A stretch of 64,000 nucleotides of DNA from Patellaria atrata CBS 101060 (Eukaryota). The position numbers were made by a program, and so were the translations under genes. The notes beneath the pieces are model-generated. The model did no database searches, was not told the DNA's origin, and saw only the letters and a program-made list of their open reading frames with translations. Below are positions 27,298 through 39,048 of the stretch, piece after piece (the stretch's first letter is position 1; every line of letters starts with the position of its first letter). Where the stretch lies: contig MU006109.1 of the NCBI GenBank assembly GCA_010093705.1, positions 268,290 to 332,289 of the forward strand, written 5' to 3'.

Positions 27298-29535
27298 ATG
27301 GCACCGCGGCAGATAAAACAAACATTACAGGAGCGGCGGAAAGGTGAATCCGTATGTGCTTATATTGTAATGATTGAGTGTAATATGTCATGCTAATGCC
27401 ATGCTAGGCCCTCAGCGACTTCGCCGATTATGTGCAGAAACAACAAGCTCTTCGCCACACCACTGCACCCGCAGAATCCGTAAGTGGTGCAATTGAAGAG
27501 CACGATGAGCTTGCAATAATCGACCAACTTGGCCTCGCTGAAGAGTCCTCCCGGATCAACCTCAAGCACGCCCTCCTCGACCTTGATCCCACTAGCTCCG
27601 AGGAGAGTCTTCTGAGTTTAGCCACATACTTGAATGAGCGTATGGAGGAAGGGCATGGCGAGACTTTGTTTGATCTCGGCCTTGATCTCAATGGAGACCC
27701 AATGGACTTCACGAAAGAGAAGTATGAGATGGCCCTACAGAGGTTGACTGAGTCAGCAGAGAATAATGAGGCGGATGTAAAGGTGTTGATGACTCAGAAT
27801 ACGGGTGGAGATATTGATGTTCCGCCTGTCAATTCAAAAGATCTGAGCGTGACTGGGAAGGTCATGATAAGACGGCGCCCGAAAGAGGTAGAAGATGTTA
27901 TTGAGACGAGGATCGCTGTTGTTGGAAATGGTAAGTCTATCCTTTCTTCTCTCAGTCAACCACGACTATGGCAGTCATTCCAAACCAATTATGATGTTTT
28001 CTTCGTTTAACCCCCCTATCCTACCGCCACTCCAATGAGTTGAGCTTCTTGCAACAAGAGCTCCCGTTTATACTCTTTATGGATATAGTTGAGGCTATAT
28101 CGTCCCATCATGTTTGAGTATATTCATGGACATCACTAAGATTTTCACAATAGTCGATGCTGGCAAAAGTACTATGCTTGGTGTACTCGTGAAAGGCGGT
28201 CTCGACGATGGTCGTGGAAAAGCACGAGTCAATCTCTTCCGACACAAGCATGAGATCGAAAGTGGAAGAACCTCATCTGTCGGCATGGAAATCATGGGAT
28301 TCGACAGCAAAGGGGAGGTTGTCAGTGCTGCTGTCGCTGGCAGGAAACTCTCCTGGGAGGAAATTGGGAAACGCTCTGTACGGCTTCAACATTTTTACAT
28401 GACCATTACTTATGCTTCTTAGGCTAAAGTTATCAGTTTCACTGACCTTGCTGGTCACGAACGTTACTTGAGGACAACGGTATTCGGTCTGCTTAGTAGT
28501 GAGCCGAATTACTGTTTGCTTATGGTAGCTGCAAATAATGGGTTGATTGGGATGAGCAAGTACGTATCTCAATGACAAGGGATCATGAGTGGAGCTAACG
28601 ACCATGTTAGAGAGCATCTTGGAATCGCTCTCGCGCTCAATGTACCCGTCATGGTCGTCATCACCAAGATCGATATTTGTCCCCCAAATATCCTTCAGGA
28701 GACCGTGACACAATTGGCCAAGATTCTAAAATCTCCGGGCGCAAGGAAAATCCCAGTCTTCATCAAAGACAAGCGTGAATGCATCAACACTGCCTCTCAA
28801 TTCGTCTCCCAGCGTATCTGTCCCATCTTCCAGGTCTCTAACGTGACCGGCGAGTCTCTGGACCTCGTCCGCACCTTCCTCAACATTCTCCCGCACCACG
28901 GGAACTACAACCCGGATGCCCCCTTCGAGTTCCACGTCAACGACACCTTCTCCGTCCCCTTCGTCGGAACAGTCGTCTCGGGCGTCGTCAAAGCCGGCAT
29001 CGTTCACACGGGCGACGTCGTCCTCGTCGGTCCCGACTCCCTCGGCCAATTCGCGACGACCAAAATCCGCTCTATCGAGCGTAAGCGCATAGGCGTCCCG
29101 GTCTGCTCCGCCGGCCAAAGCGCCTCCTTCGCGCTCCGCAACATCCGCAGGAAAGACGTGCGCAAGGGTATGGTTGTGCTGCCGAAGATCCCGGACGCAC
29201 CGAACCCGAAGGTATGGAGGGAGTTCGTGGCCGAGGTGCTGATACTCAGCCACGCCACCACGATCAAGACCAAGTATCAGGCCATGCTGCACGTTGGGCC
29301 GATCTCGCAGACCTGCGCCATCATCGATATCGATCGCAGTTATATCCGCACCGGGGATAGAGCGACGGTAGCGTTTAGGTTCGTGCAGAGGCCGGAGTAT
29401 TTGGCGGTTGGGGAACGCATTTTGTTTAGGGAGGGCAGAACGAAGGGGTTAGGTATTGTTAAGGCGTTGGGGTATGATGCTGCTAAGCCTCTGAATCCGG
29501 AGGCGAAGGATGAGGATGGGGGGTTGAAGGCTTAG
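27298..29535 (+). CDS. GTPBP1: GTP-binding protein 1 (GTPBP1, translational GTPase)
   Basis: Exon 1 27298..27351 then [70 protein letters not shown]. Confidence 0.95.
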
Positions 29536-30438
29536 AGAGGTAGTTTAGTAGATGTTGGGTGAATCGGATAGATTAAGGATCGTGTTTCATACCTGCGTTT
29601 CCTCCCCTTCCTCCATCTTTCTATGGGCTAGAGGCCTCCCTTGCTACGAATTGAGATACGTTCAAGTTATTCGGTGAAAGTTAGGATGATGAGCCGCCAT
29701 TGCAAAACCCGGTTCCGCGCCATCGACAACACCTCAGCTCAAAGTCCATGGTCACGACATAATGGCATATAACCCCTATCATCCTCTCCTATTGATCAAA
29801 CAGGAAATAACTAAAATTGCTCTCTTTTATAGAGGGAAGAAAGGTCGGTGAAAGAGAAAGTTGAACAAGACGACGATTAGGGTGAGGTTTGAGGTCGGTC
29901 TGTGCTTAGGAATGGCGATGTGGGGATGTAGACGTTGTTGGTGGTTTGATAGGGGATTGGGGGGATAGTGAGTGTACGAAAGACTATGGAGGAGGTGTTT
30001 GAATAAAGTAAGGTTTGGGGCTGAACTTTGGGGTTATACGGCTGGGTCGGGGGTATTGAGGAAGGTGTGCGAGAAGGGTTACTGCTCAGGGATGTGAAAG
30101 TTTAATCGAATCTGGCTGCTATACAGGCCCCAAGGCTGAAAATCCAGTCATCCATATCAATTAACCATCTGGGGTTCTCACATAAAGCATTAGAAGAGAA
30201 TCGTATAAACAACCCAGATATATTTGATCTAATCTCGAAAGGCCAGAATCCATCCTAAAGAGCCATATCACACGACTGACCATCTCAAATAACCGAACTC
30301 GAAATGAAAGAATGAGAAGAGAGGATGAAACCTTGCACACATCCATACAAGGCAAGCTATATCCAAGAAGGGAGTGATAAGAACCAGAGTCATATTCTAG
30401 GTAAAGACAGCGCCAAATCATTCAACCGCACATCAGCA

Positions 30439-31663
30439 CTACTTTGCAACACCGAGACCTAACTGCTTCATCTCTATCCCAAGCACAGCATCCACATCCC
30501 TATCCGCGGACTCAGTCATGCTCTGGAACGCGCTACGGTCGCCGAGTAACGTGTTCGCTGACGTCGGGATATCGGCACTAGGCTCCTTCGCACTGTCCTC
30601 ACTGCCGTACGAGTAATCAGTGTTGAAAGAGAGCTTGTTTTCTTTGATGAGATGTTGAGGGGGGGAGATGCGGGGTTTTTCTGGATCCTGGCTGGGGAAG
30701 TGGATGCTGTATGATTCGGTGGCGGCCCACATAGTAAAGAGGGGGAGGGAGAGGGTGACGGAGGTGAGGACCATGCTGTTGAAATCGGCGAGGGGACCGT
30801 AGAAGTGGAGGAAGCAGAAGATCACTGTAAGGGAGAGTTAGGGGTTTTGTTGATGAATAGGAGGGAGTGAATTGAGGGGTTAACCAGGGATGATCATGCA
30901 TTGAGCTCCCATGATGAAGAAGATTTACAAGGCGCCGAAGTTGCAGCAACCCATTTTGCTCCGAGAATAGATGGAGTGAGCCAGCTTTGCGCAGAAAATT
31001 GCTGAGAAGACGCAGAAGTTGATGGTAATGATGATGTTTGCTCTGTTGACGATCCAGTACCAGTCATCCATATTGAGTCCGTTGTTGATGGCGATGCAGT
31101 TGGGAATCATAAGGGTGGACCAGAAGCCGATAGCTAACATGGCGATGATGCTACAGGTAATGGTAATGCAGATCTTGTACAAGATGCTGGAGCCGGTGAA
31201 CATGATCTAGACTTGCATGACTAAGGATACTTCAATGACGAGTAGAATTGCGCCAAAGACTGCAGAAGCCTGTTGGATGCGGAAATCGGGCCTAGGAACC
31301 TAAGAAAGATCTTCCCTGAATCAGGTGTAGGAATTGTAGAAATCATACAAGGCGCAAGTGTAGTAGAGTTTCAGGAACAGAAGGCGAAGTATATTTGTTG
31401 CGAGAGCCGAGGCGTTCAAGAGGAAGATAGGAGAGCGTTGTTTGACCTTTGAAGTCATGAGAAGAAGGACAACGAGGAGTACGAAGCAAGCTCCCATTTA
31501 CCCAACCGAGGATGATACTGTTGTTGATAGCGTACTTCGCGTACATCGTAATGTCGCTGAAGTGGAGCTCTTCAACCTGTCCATCTGGAAGAGTGACGGG
31601 GAATGGTTTATAATTCAATTCTCCGGTATAACCAGGAGTCTAAGCTGTTTCCGTTGAATTCAT
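30439..31663 (-). pseudogene. STE2: STE2/pre-2-type alpha-pheromone receptor, disrupted
   Basis: MGACFVLLVVLLLMTSKVKQRSPIFLLNASAL, EVSLVMQV, FG(AL)*IFFIMGAQCMIIP | ..SLPLFTMWAA match Ste2 motifs; stops at 31640-42, 31498-500, 31321-23, 31300-02, 31207-09, 30925-27; frameshift near 31501. Confidence 0.88.
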
Positions 31664-31960
31664 GTTGGAAGATAGGGCTAGATATGACTTGGGTGAAGTA
31701 AAGATTTGTCTCGAGTAAGAGGGTATGAAAGTAGAAGATGTAGAGTAAGATGATTGACAAATGTAGGAACGTAAGGGCGAGTTCCTTAGCTAAAGAATGA
31801 GTAGAAGAGAATGTTGAAAGGCAGAAAAGAAAGGAGAGGAGAGGAGGGAAGGAAGCAGCAGCGAATATACGTCTTAGAATAATGGCCGGACAAGACCATG
31901 CTATACAAATTGCATCACGGAGCTGGGAGGTATTGTAGATTGAGTCACCAGCACCACTCT

Positions 31961-32233
31961 GATATTGTTGTGCTTAGTATTGTTCTTGAGGTGCATATCA
32001 ACCCCGAGAAGGTATAGTCTAGGAAAGTAACTGTTTTGCTCTCAGGGGAAGAATTGTCCAGCATTTCAATTCCTATATCACACAAGAGAAACCATAGCTA
32101 GTAATTGTACTGTATCGCTACCACTTCAGCATCTAGAGTGCGAATTCGATATGTTGTGGTAAAACAAATCTCTATGTGGCTGACGGTATGTGCTATTCGT
32201 ATTGTTCCTCCTTTTGCGCTTGATATTGTTGTG
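31961..32233 (-). promoter_or_regulatory. Cluster of AACAATA (HMG-box-like) motifs upstream of the STE2 pseudogene
   Basis: TATTGTT at 31963, 31978, 32200 and 32224; GATATTGTTGTG present twice. Confidence 0.45.
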
Positions 32234-33011
32234 GCACGAACCACCATCCTAAGAGAAACCGCGAACGACTAGGAATTAAATCATTCGAACATTGATAAAT
32301 GAGCTAAAGAGGTTCAGAATATATGGATTTAAGATCCTCCTTCTTGACTGAGCTTTTTCTGATTCACTTCTTGAAACCTGGAGAATGAAAGCTATTTGCA
32401 AAGCAAAGGATTTCGTCTCCATTGCTTGGGATATGTATTATATCCGGTATAAACGCAGAGTGAACTCACTAGGCCGCGTACAGATATATCTGTTTCGACA
32501 GAAGTTTGAGCATCGAATATCACAGAAGACAGTTTTTAGTAGAGAGAGAGGTAGGTCCATTACCTCACTCTACAAATCCCTTCCGTATCCCTACGGAAAG
32601 ATCATACTCGCTATGATTTCGGCTCAAGCTATGAGAGATATCAGCATAATTCTGCAGAATAAAACGGCTAGACCAATAGATAGTGTACGCTCTAAAACTA
32701 CCGTCCTAACGGATCCTGAGTTCTAAGAGAAGATTGAAGTACGAAGACAACCTGTTCAGTTGAAGTCGACTCGAAGCTGTTGAATGGTCCGTGCCGTCTC
32801 CTCTCTTAGGCCGCTCCGCTCCGCCCGGGACTAGCACCAGTAGGAGATTTCGACACCGCTTAGTCAGACACGTGCTAGCGCGATTCTGCCTGACGCCAAC
32901 CGTGTCAAAACTCCAAAGATGACGCGTTTCTCTATTGCGCAATCCAACGCTTACCGCAAATGATACAAGTCTGATATAATATCACAAACAGTTGAAAGGT
33001 TTCAATTCATA

Positions 33012-34982
33012 ATGAGCCAGACGAACAAGCCCTCACTGCGGATACATGCATCTAATGGCAAGTCAGATATCTTTGAGGACCTGCACTCCGGTAACACAGA
33101 AGTCCTGGAGGACAGAACTACCGGGTTGGTACATTTCAGACCTCTTCGTCAAGGCACAGATCCTACAGCTTTGGCGCGTATCCGTGGGTTTTCCATGGCC
33201 TCAAAAGTCACTTAGAGCTAAGAATCTTCAGATGTACAGCAATGGGCTCTACAGCTTTTTGCAGTGAGCCAAAAGGTTTGGATCCATGGAAAGGGCTATG
33301 AACATGTTCCAGAAAATCAAAGATCCTGGTATAGCACATTGATTCGGCCTGAGAAAGATGGGAGCTTCAGTTCAAGTAATAGCACCCCAGTGTATCCTTC
33401 ATCGACGGCTTTGAGGCTATCCGAACATGTCGAATTTGAAAACGGATGGCGTCTCGCTATCGAGTTGGTTGACCCTCCAACAACGGTTCAGGTTAATTCG
33501 TCCAACCCTGGAGAAGTTGTGGATCTCCAACCTGTAGAGACAAGCTCCGACATTGATGAAGCAGAAGTAGAAAACCAGGAAGATGCCTCACTAGAGAATC
33601 TCACAGGAGATGTTGAGGATTCTCGAGCGACTCCACGACCTTTTGGCGAAACCACTCAAGACTCGGTAATCAGAGAGACACCTACTACAGGGAGATATTT
33701 CCCATCCGGAATTCAGACAAGCCGGACAACTCAGGATGAGGCTGTTTTCTCAACTGCTCTTTTGGTAAGGTCGTTTACAGAAGCTGAGGAGGCCAATATT
33801 GAAGTTCCAGAAACCATCGCTGAATCGGAGGCAATGGAGACAGATCCTCCCCAGACAGTGAATGATGCAGCCGATGACCAAACGGCTAGCGAAAGCGAAG
33901 ATGGAGACGAAGGATTGGTTCGAGATGAAGTAACCCCTTCCGCTAAAACGAATGGAAAAAAGGAAACCCCTTCTACCAAGGTTAATGATGATGAAAAGTT
34001 TACCAATGATGCCGAAGAGAATGAAACTTCTAGAGCGAAAGTTCTATCCCGCTTGAGCAAGACTTTGAGCAGAACCCCACGACAACATCCACAAAGTAAG
34101 TCGCCGACTGTGAAGGTTGTGTCAGCAACCAAGAGATCCGCTCGCAAGCAAGGTAATAAGGCACCGAAGACCAAGTATAAATATGACTTTGAGGCTGAAG
34201 AAATCTTCGAATCCGGTATCGAAGCAAAGCCCTCCACATCCGTATCAAGGAAGAGATCCATTTCCGCAATATCAGAAGACGAACCAGCAACACCCCGCGC
34301 GAGCCAACGCTCTAAACATTCTTCATCTGCTGATAAATACACTGGGGACCCGCCTAAAGTTCTCTTCTCCAACAGTACCGTGTCAGACAAACCGCAACTT
34401 CTTAAGTTTCTCCGCAATCAGGGGGGCAGTGTCACCGACAAAGTAAAGCCTTGCAATATACTTTGTATAGCCAAGACAGAGCTCAAGAAGACAGCTAAAC
34501 TTCTTCTCGCGGTGACACTAGGTAAACCTATCGTGACGGACGACTGGATCCTGAAGAGCGCGAAAGCAGGTTATCTCCTCGCTGTTGACGACTTCCCTCA
34601 TCCTGATATCAATAACCTCGCTAGCGATCGTACTTCACTCTTCAGCGGCATGACTGTCTGGTTCACACCAGTACTGAAGGGCGAGTACGGCAGTGGGTGG
34701 AAAGATATGAAAGAAATAGTCGAAAGCACCGGTGCGAAAGTACTCTCAAACCCCGCACGCGACTTCGACTCCAGAAACAAGGGGCTGGATACCATAGTCC
34801 TTGCCGCGGAAAACGGAGATCTGGAGCTCCATGTACTTCAGGAAAAAGGCCTGACATGCTACCACAAAGATCTGGTCTCGAGCAGCATTATCAGGGGAAC
34901 GTTGGACCTGGAGAGTGAGGAGTTCGTCCTAGCGCCCGCGAGCAGCGAGCCGAAGAAGAAGGGACGGCCTCGTAAAAGTTGA
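33012..34982 (+). CDS. Tandem-BRCT protein (MDC1/Mdb1-like C-terminus)
   Basis: Intron 33178..33264 joins the frames; acidic disordered middle; KVLFS..LKKTAKLLLAVTLGKPIVTDDW..LFSGMTVWFTP; C-terminal KKKGRPRKS; ACGCGT at 32922 upstream. Confidence 0.8.
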
Positions 34983-35342
34983 CGTTTGGGAGGATTAGGA
35001 CCGTTGATGGCGACGTCGAGTAATTCGTGGATTTTCATGACGACATTCAATAGTGCATAGCGCGGCATGGGATCATGAGAGGAATGGCGGGAGCAAGCAT
35101 TTTACAGCACCGATGTATGACTGATATCCACTTTTGTGCGAGTATCGCAGGGAAGAGGTGGATAACGCAGTACAGGCGCTTGTAGCTGTGGAAGCATCAT
35201 ACTACAGATGTATGATTGATACCAAGAATTGACGAGTGTGATCAAGGATGATGGGAGAGCAAGTATGAGATTAGATACCATGTATAGTAATTAAGCACCA
35301 ATAGGATTACACGATTTGCTTCCCCATCTACGGCGGTCCATG

Positions 35343-35417
35343 CAGTACAGGCGCTCCACAGTACAGCGGCTCCACAGTACAGGTCGCTCTACAGTACAGG
35401 TTGGCTTCGCAGTACAT
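35343..35417. repeat. Degenerate 16-18-bp tandem repeat with core CAGTACA, 5 copies
   Basis: Cores at 35343, 35359, 35375, 35392, 35410; an extra copy near 35168. Confidence 0.8.
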
Positions 35418-35650
35418 GTCGGCATGCTGAGCCGATGTAGGCACGGTAAACATACAGTGCCGAGGCGAAATGCGCGTAAGTAGGATAAAGTACAACTTAA
35501 AACTGATTTATGCGCACGGTCATACCGAAAGAACCAACACCGCTCGATGCACCGTCCCGAATCCCATCCCATGCAACGCGGCGCAAGATGTCCACAACAC
35601 CTCAGCTGTACCGTCTCCTGCTCTCCTTTCATCCCAACCATCTCCACACC

Positions 35651-36767
35651 TTAGCCCTCCTCCTCCAACTCCGCAACAGCAAAATATCCCTTACTCTCCA
35701 CAACACCCCTATCCTTAACAACGGCGGTATATTTCACGACCCACTGGGGCTCGACCTCGCCCCTCAACCCCTTCCCCTTATCCCCATCTCTGACAAGCAC
35801 CCCCGCGGCCCCCAACAACTCCCTAACCGTGCCCCTGGGCAAAATATCCGTACAATCATTATGCGTGAGCAACTCCACTCCCTTCTCTTTCGCGAAGAGG
35901 ATCAGCGGCTTGGGCACGACGCAGCAGTCACGGACGTTGATCTGGTCGACGGCGGGTCCCACAGCAGTAGCGGCGAGGAAGCGCGACAGTAGCGACGTGT
36001 TGAACTCGGCTACGCCGAGTTTACGTATCGCCCCGGTGGAGTACAGGGTTTCGAGGGTGTGCCAGGTCGCTATCATGGACTCTAGGGACTCGTCGGGGGT
36101 GTCGGTTTCGCCTTCTTCTGCGTCTCCGTCGGTTGTGGGGTCATCTGTAGGGTCGGAGTTTTGATTTTGCGTTGGATCCGAGGACGGTGAAGGGGGCACG
36201 GAATCCTCGTCCTCGGCGTCGAAGGCGACGCCGGGGAAACTCACGATGCAGAGGTCAACGCTCGACACGCCGAGGGCGGCACAGACGGTGCGGAGGGCTT
36301 CGCGGGTTTGGGCGGCTCGTTTCTCGACGCGCACGCTGGGTAGGTAGAAGAGCTTGATTGTGATGTCGTAGGCGGCTCTGTCTTCCGCGAGGGGGGTCGG
36401 CGGCGCGAGTTTAGGGGAGGGAATTAAAAGGGTTTTTTGGGTGTTCTCGTTGGAGGAGGAGGAGGGCGGGAGTGGTTGTGTCCATGCTTCGTATGAGGGG
36501 GGCTGCGAGGGGGAGGAGGAAGAAGGTGAGTTTGTGGGAGCGGTGGAGGATTGGGAGGCGCTGTGGGTCGCGGCGAGGGATTGGCAGGACGCGAAGTGCG
36601 CGCGGAGGGAGGTCGTGAGCTCGGTGTTTGATTTTTCGATTAGGGGACGGCGGGCTATGGAGGGTTTGCTGCCTATGATGTTGCTATGGGAGTCGAGTCA
36701 GCGTCATGATGGAGAGCGTGGAAGATGGCGGTTAGGGAAGGTACCCTGTGGAGAGGATGAGTTTCAT
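35651..36767 (-). CDS. Glutamate-cysteine ligase modifier subunit (aldo-keto-reductase fold)
   Basis: MKLILSTG|NIIG..KSNTELTTSLR..YDITIKLFYLP..VDLCIVSFPG..KLGVAEF..VDQINVRDCCVVP..LLTHNDC..PQWVVKYTAVVKDRGVVESKGY. Confidence 0.9.
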
Positions 36768-37364
36768 GGTTGCGCTGGTGTTAAGTAGATTATGCTGTGT
36801 CTCTTTCGGTCATTGGTATTATTACTTTGGGTTGTCTATTGTTAGGAGGATGTTGCGCAAAACATGGAATGTTCGTTCGGAAGAGAAGCGCGGGGCAAAG
36901 CGCGCGGGATGTAGAACTAGAACATTTCCCGCATTAATCCATTGCCCAATCAAAGGAGGCTGATAGCATAAATCGTATAACGGCAACTTCTGTCATACAG
37001 AGGATAGATATTCGACGTTGAGTGAATGGTTTTATTGTGCTGGGATATACCATTGCCGGTGAGATTTTCGCAGTGGAACCCACCCAAAGTGAGAGCAATT
37101 GGGAGAAAAGTGTTAGGATCTATGTATCATTGACCATATCCTAACTATCGACATCTAACCGAAAGATCAACTTTTCATAAGAAAGTAATTTTGAACCGGA
37201 TCCTGGAGGAATTCCTAGAATTCCCTATTCCTGATATCCCGCCGGCATATCCACATTGCCTGAGTACCTGCAGAAGTGAAGGTAAGGTCATAAGTATATT
37301 ACAAGAACGGAACGGGACTGCCACCTCTCAAGATGGCCCACCCATATGCAAAGTTATCAACACT

Positions 37365-39048
37365 CTAGAAGCGGCTTCCGTGTACACCATGCTTGTGGAC
37401 GGAAAGGTCGGCCATGCGCTTCTTGGATTGACCAATGGTTTGAGAATCGCTGGATGTAGCTGTGGTGGTGTTCATGGCGCCGCTGAATTCGACGTTTTGG
37501 CAGTTGCCGGCATTGCACTGTTCGTAGATCGAAAGAGCTCTGGCACCACCGCAGATTTCACCATCATCTCCAAGGCATTTCATTTGGCAATTGCCTAGAA
37601 CACCAGCTTTAGGTTTACGATCCTCAGCGACGGAGTTTCCACAGTAGCATCTGTGCCGATTTTAGTGGATGTGTTGCCTGAAATTTAGCGTTATGATAGA
37701 CTTACTCATTGCCATATTCCAATCCAGCAATCCTGAACCCTTTACCCGAGCAGAAGTCGATACATTTCTCAACCGTCATATCCGGTTTACGAGTGTCTGC
37801 GCCCTGTAGAGTGCGATCGCCGTTATCATCAGTTCCACAACCGGCGTACATCCATTGTTTGGTGACAGTAATATCGGTAAAAAAGCTTTCAGCAAATCCA
37901 ATCTCCGGTTGAGGACAGTTCGCCACAGGTTTGACAACACCGGGACCGTTGCTCACGGGATTGCAGCCAGGAAGGGCATCGAGAACGCCCTCAATTTCTT
38001 CATCGATCATTCGAGGAAGCTTGCAGTTGTTGGCGTCGTCATTGGATTGCAGTGTAAATGCGTTACAGTCCCTGAGCTCGCCACTAACACTATTACAAGT
38101 ATCAATTGCTCGTTGAAGGACATCCACATCCCATCCGTTAACCTTCATAGATTAGTCGTTATCAAATTGAAACAAAACGTCTGAACACTTACGAAGTCAC
38201 CGTGGAAACCATAACCAGTTGCATCACCATTGGAAAGGACGAAAGGCTGCTTGTCACCATCCCACAGACCATCAAAGACTCCTGTGTCGTAGTAGACTTC
38301 GTAAAACAATGAGACCATGTGTACAGGGTGAGTTGGAGGGCATCTGCCGTTGTTGTAATCATTGGATGCCGGGTAGGACATATGCGACTTGTGGTCTGGA
38401 GAATCCAAGTTCACGCCATCCCAGCAAGAAGGAAAGAAGATCTGAGTGCGCATCTGACCACACTTGTAAGGGGGAAAGTTGTTTGTCTCCGGCTTCTCTG
38501 CGCCCAAACAGGCGTAGGTAACAGCTTTAGAAGCCAAATCATTGCCAAAAGAGCGCTTGCTTGGATCGCCTGCAAGCATGCGGAAACCCTTAGGGAAAGC
38601 ATGTAACTTGTCGTTGTCCGGGCCACCACGTTGCCTTATGACGAGTCAGTTTATCTCATATTGGCATGGAAATTGCAATGTTAACTCACAGATAGTAAAT
38701 GAGAATACCAGCTTCATGACCGGTACCGTCACCGGATTGAGGGACATTGATGAAGCTTCCGTTCTTCGCGTGGAAGTAGAGCGATGGAACCCAGTAGTTG
38801 GAAAGATCTTCCTTGATGCTGCAAGAGGTGCAAGCTGAGTTGATGGCATCTTCGTAGCTCATCTCGAAGCCAAAACCACTGCCGCCTGAGATGGTATGCA
38901 CATGGCCGGAAGCTTTGCCAGGACTGACGATTGGATCAGCACGTTCACGGACGATGCTACCAGGACATCCCATGCGGAAGAATGCCGTGACTGGGACCAA
39001 AAGAGAGGCGGCAACCAGGCCGAAAGAAGTGATGCCTCTGTAGCGCAT
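37365..39048 (-). CDS. Secreted DUF1996 + WSC domain protein
   Basis: Signal peptide; RADPIVSPG..HVHTISGGS..EDLSNYWVP; FPKGFRMLAGD, FPSCWDG, GDATGYGFHGDF; WSC MTVEKCIDFC..AGLEYGNE|CYCG..C.G...EICGG. Confidence 0.92.

Noticed and set aside
30925..31642. STE2 stops rescued by sexual-stage A-to-I editing (UAG to UGG)
   Set aside because: Editing cannot fix the frameshift or restore Gln at the TAA positions; there are too many lesions.
35343..35417. CRISPR-like repeat/spacer array
   Set aside because: Eukaryotic context, 7-8-bp cores with related 9-11-bp spacers, no cas genes.
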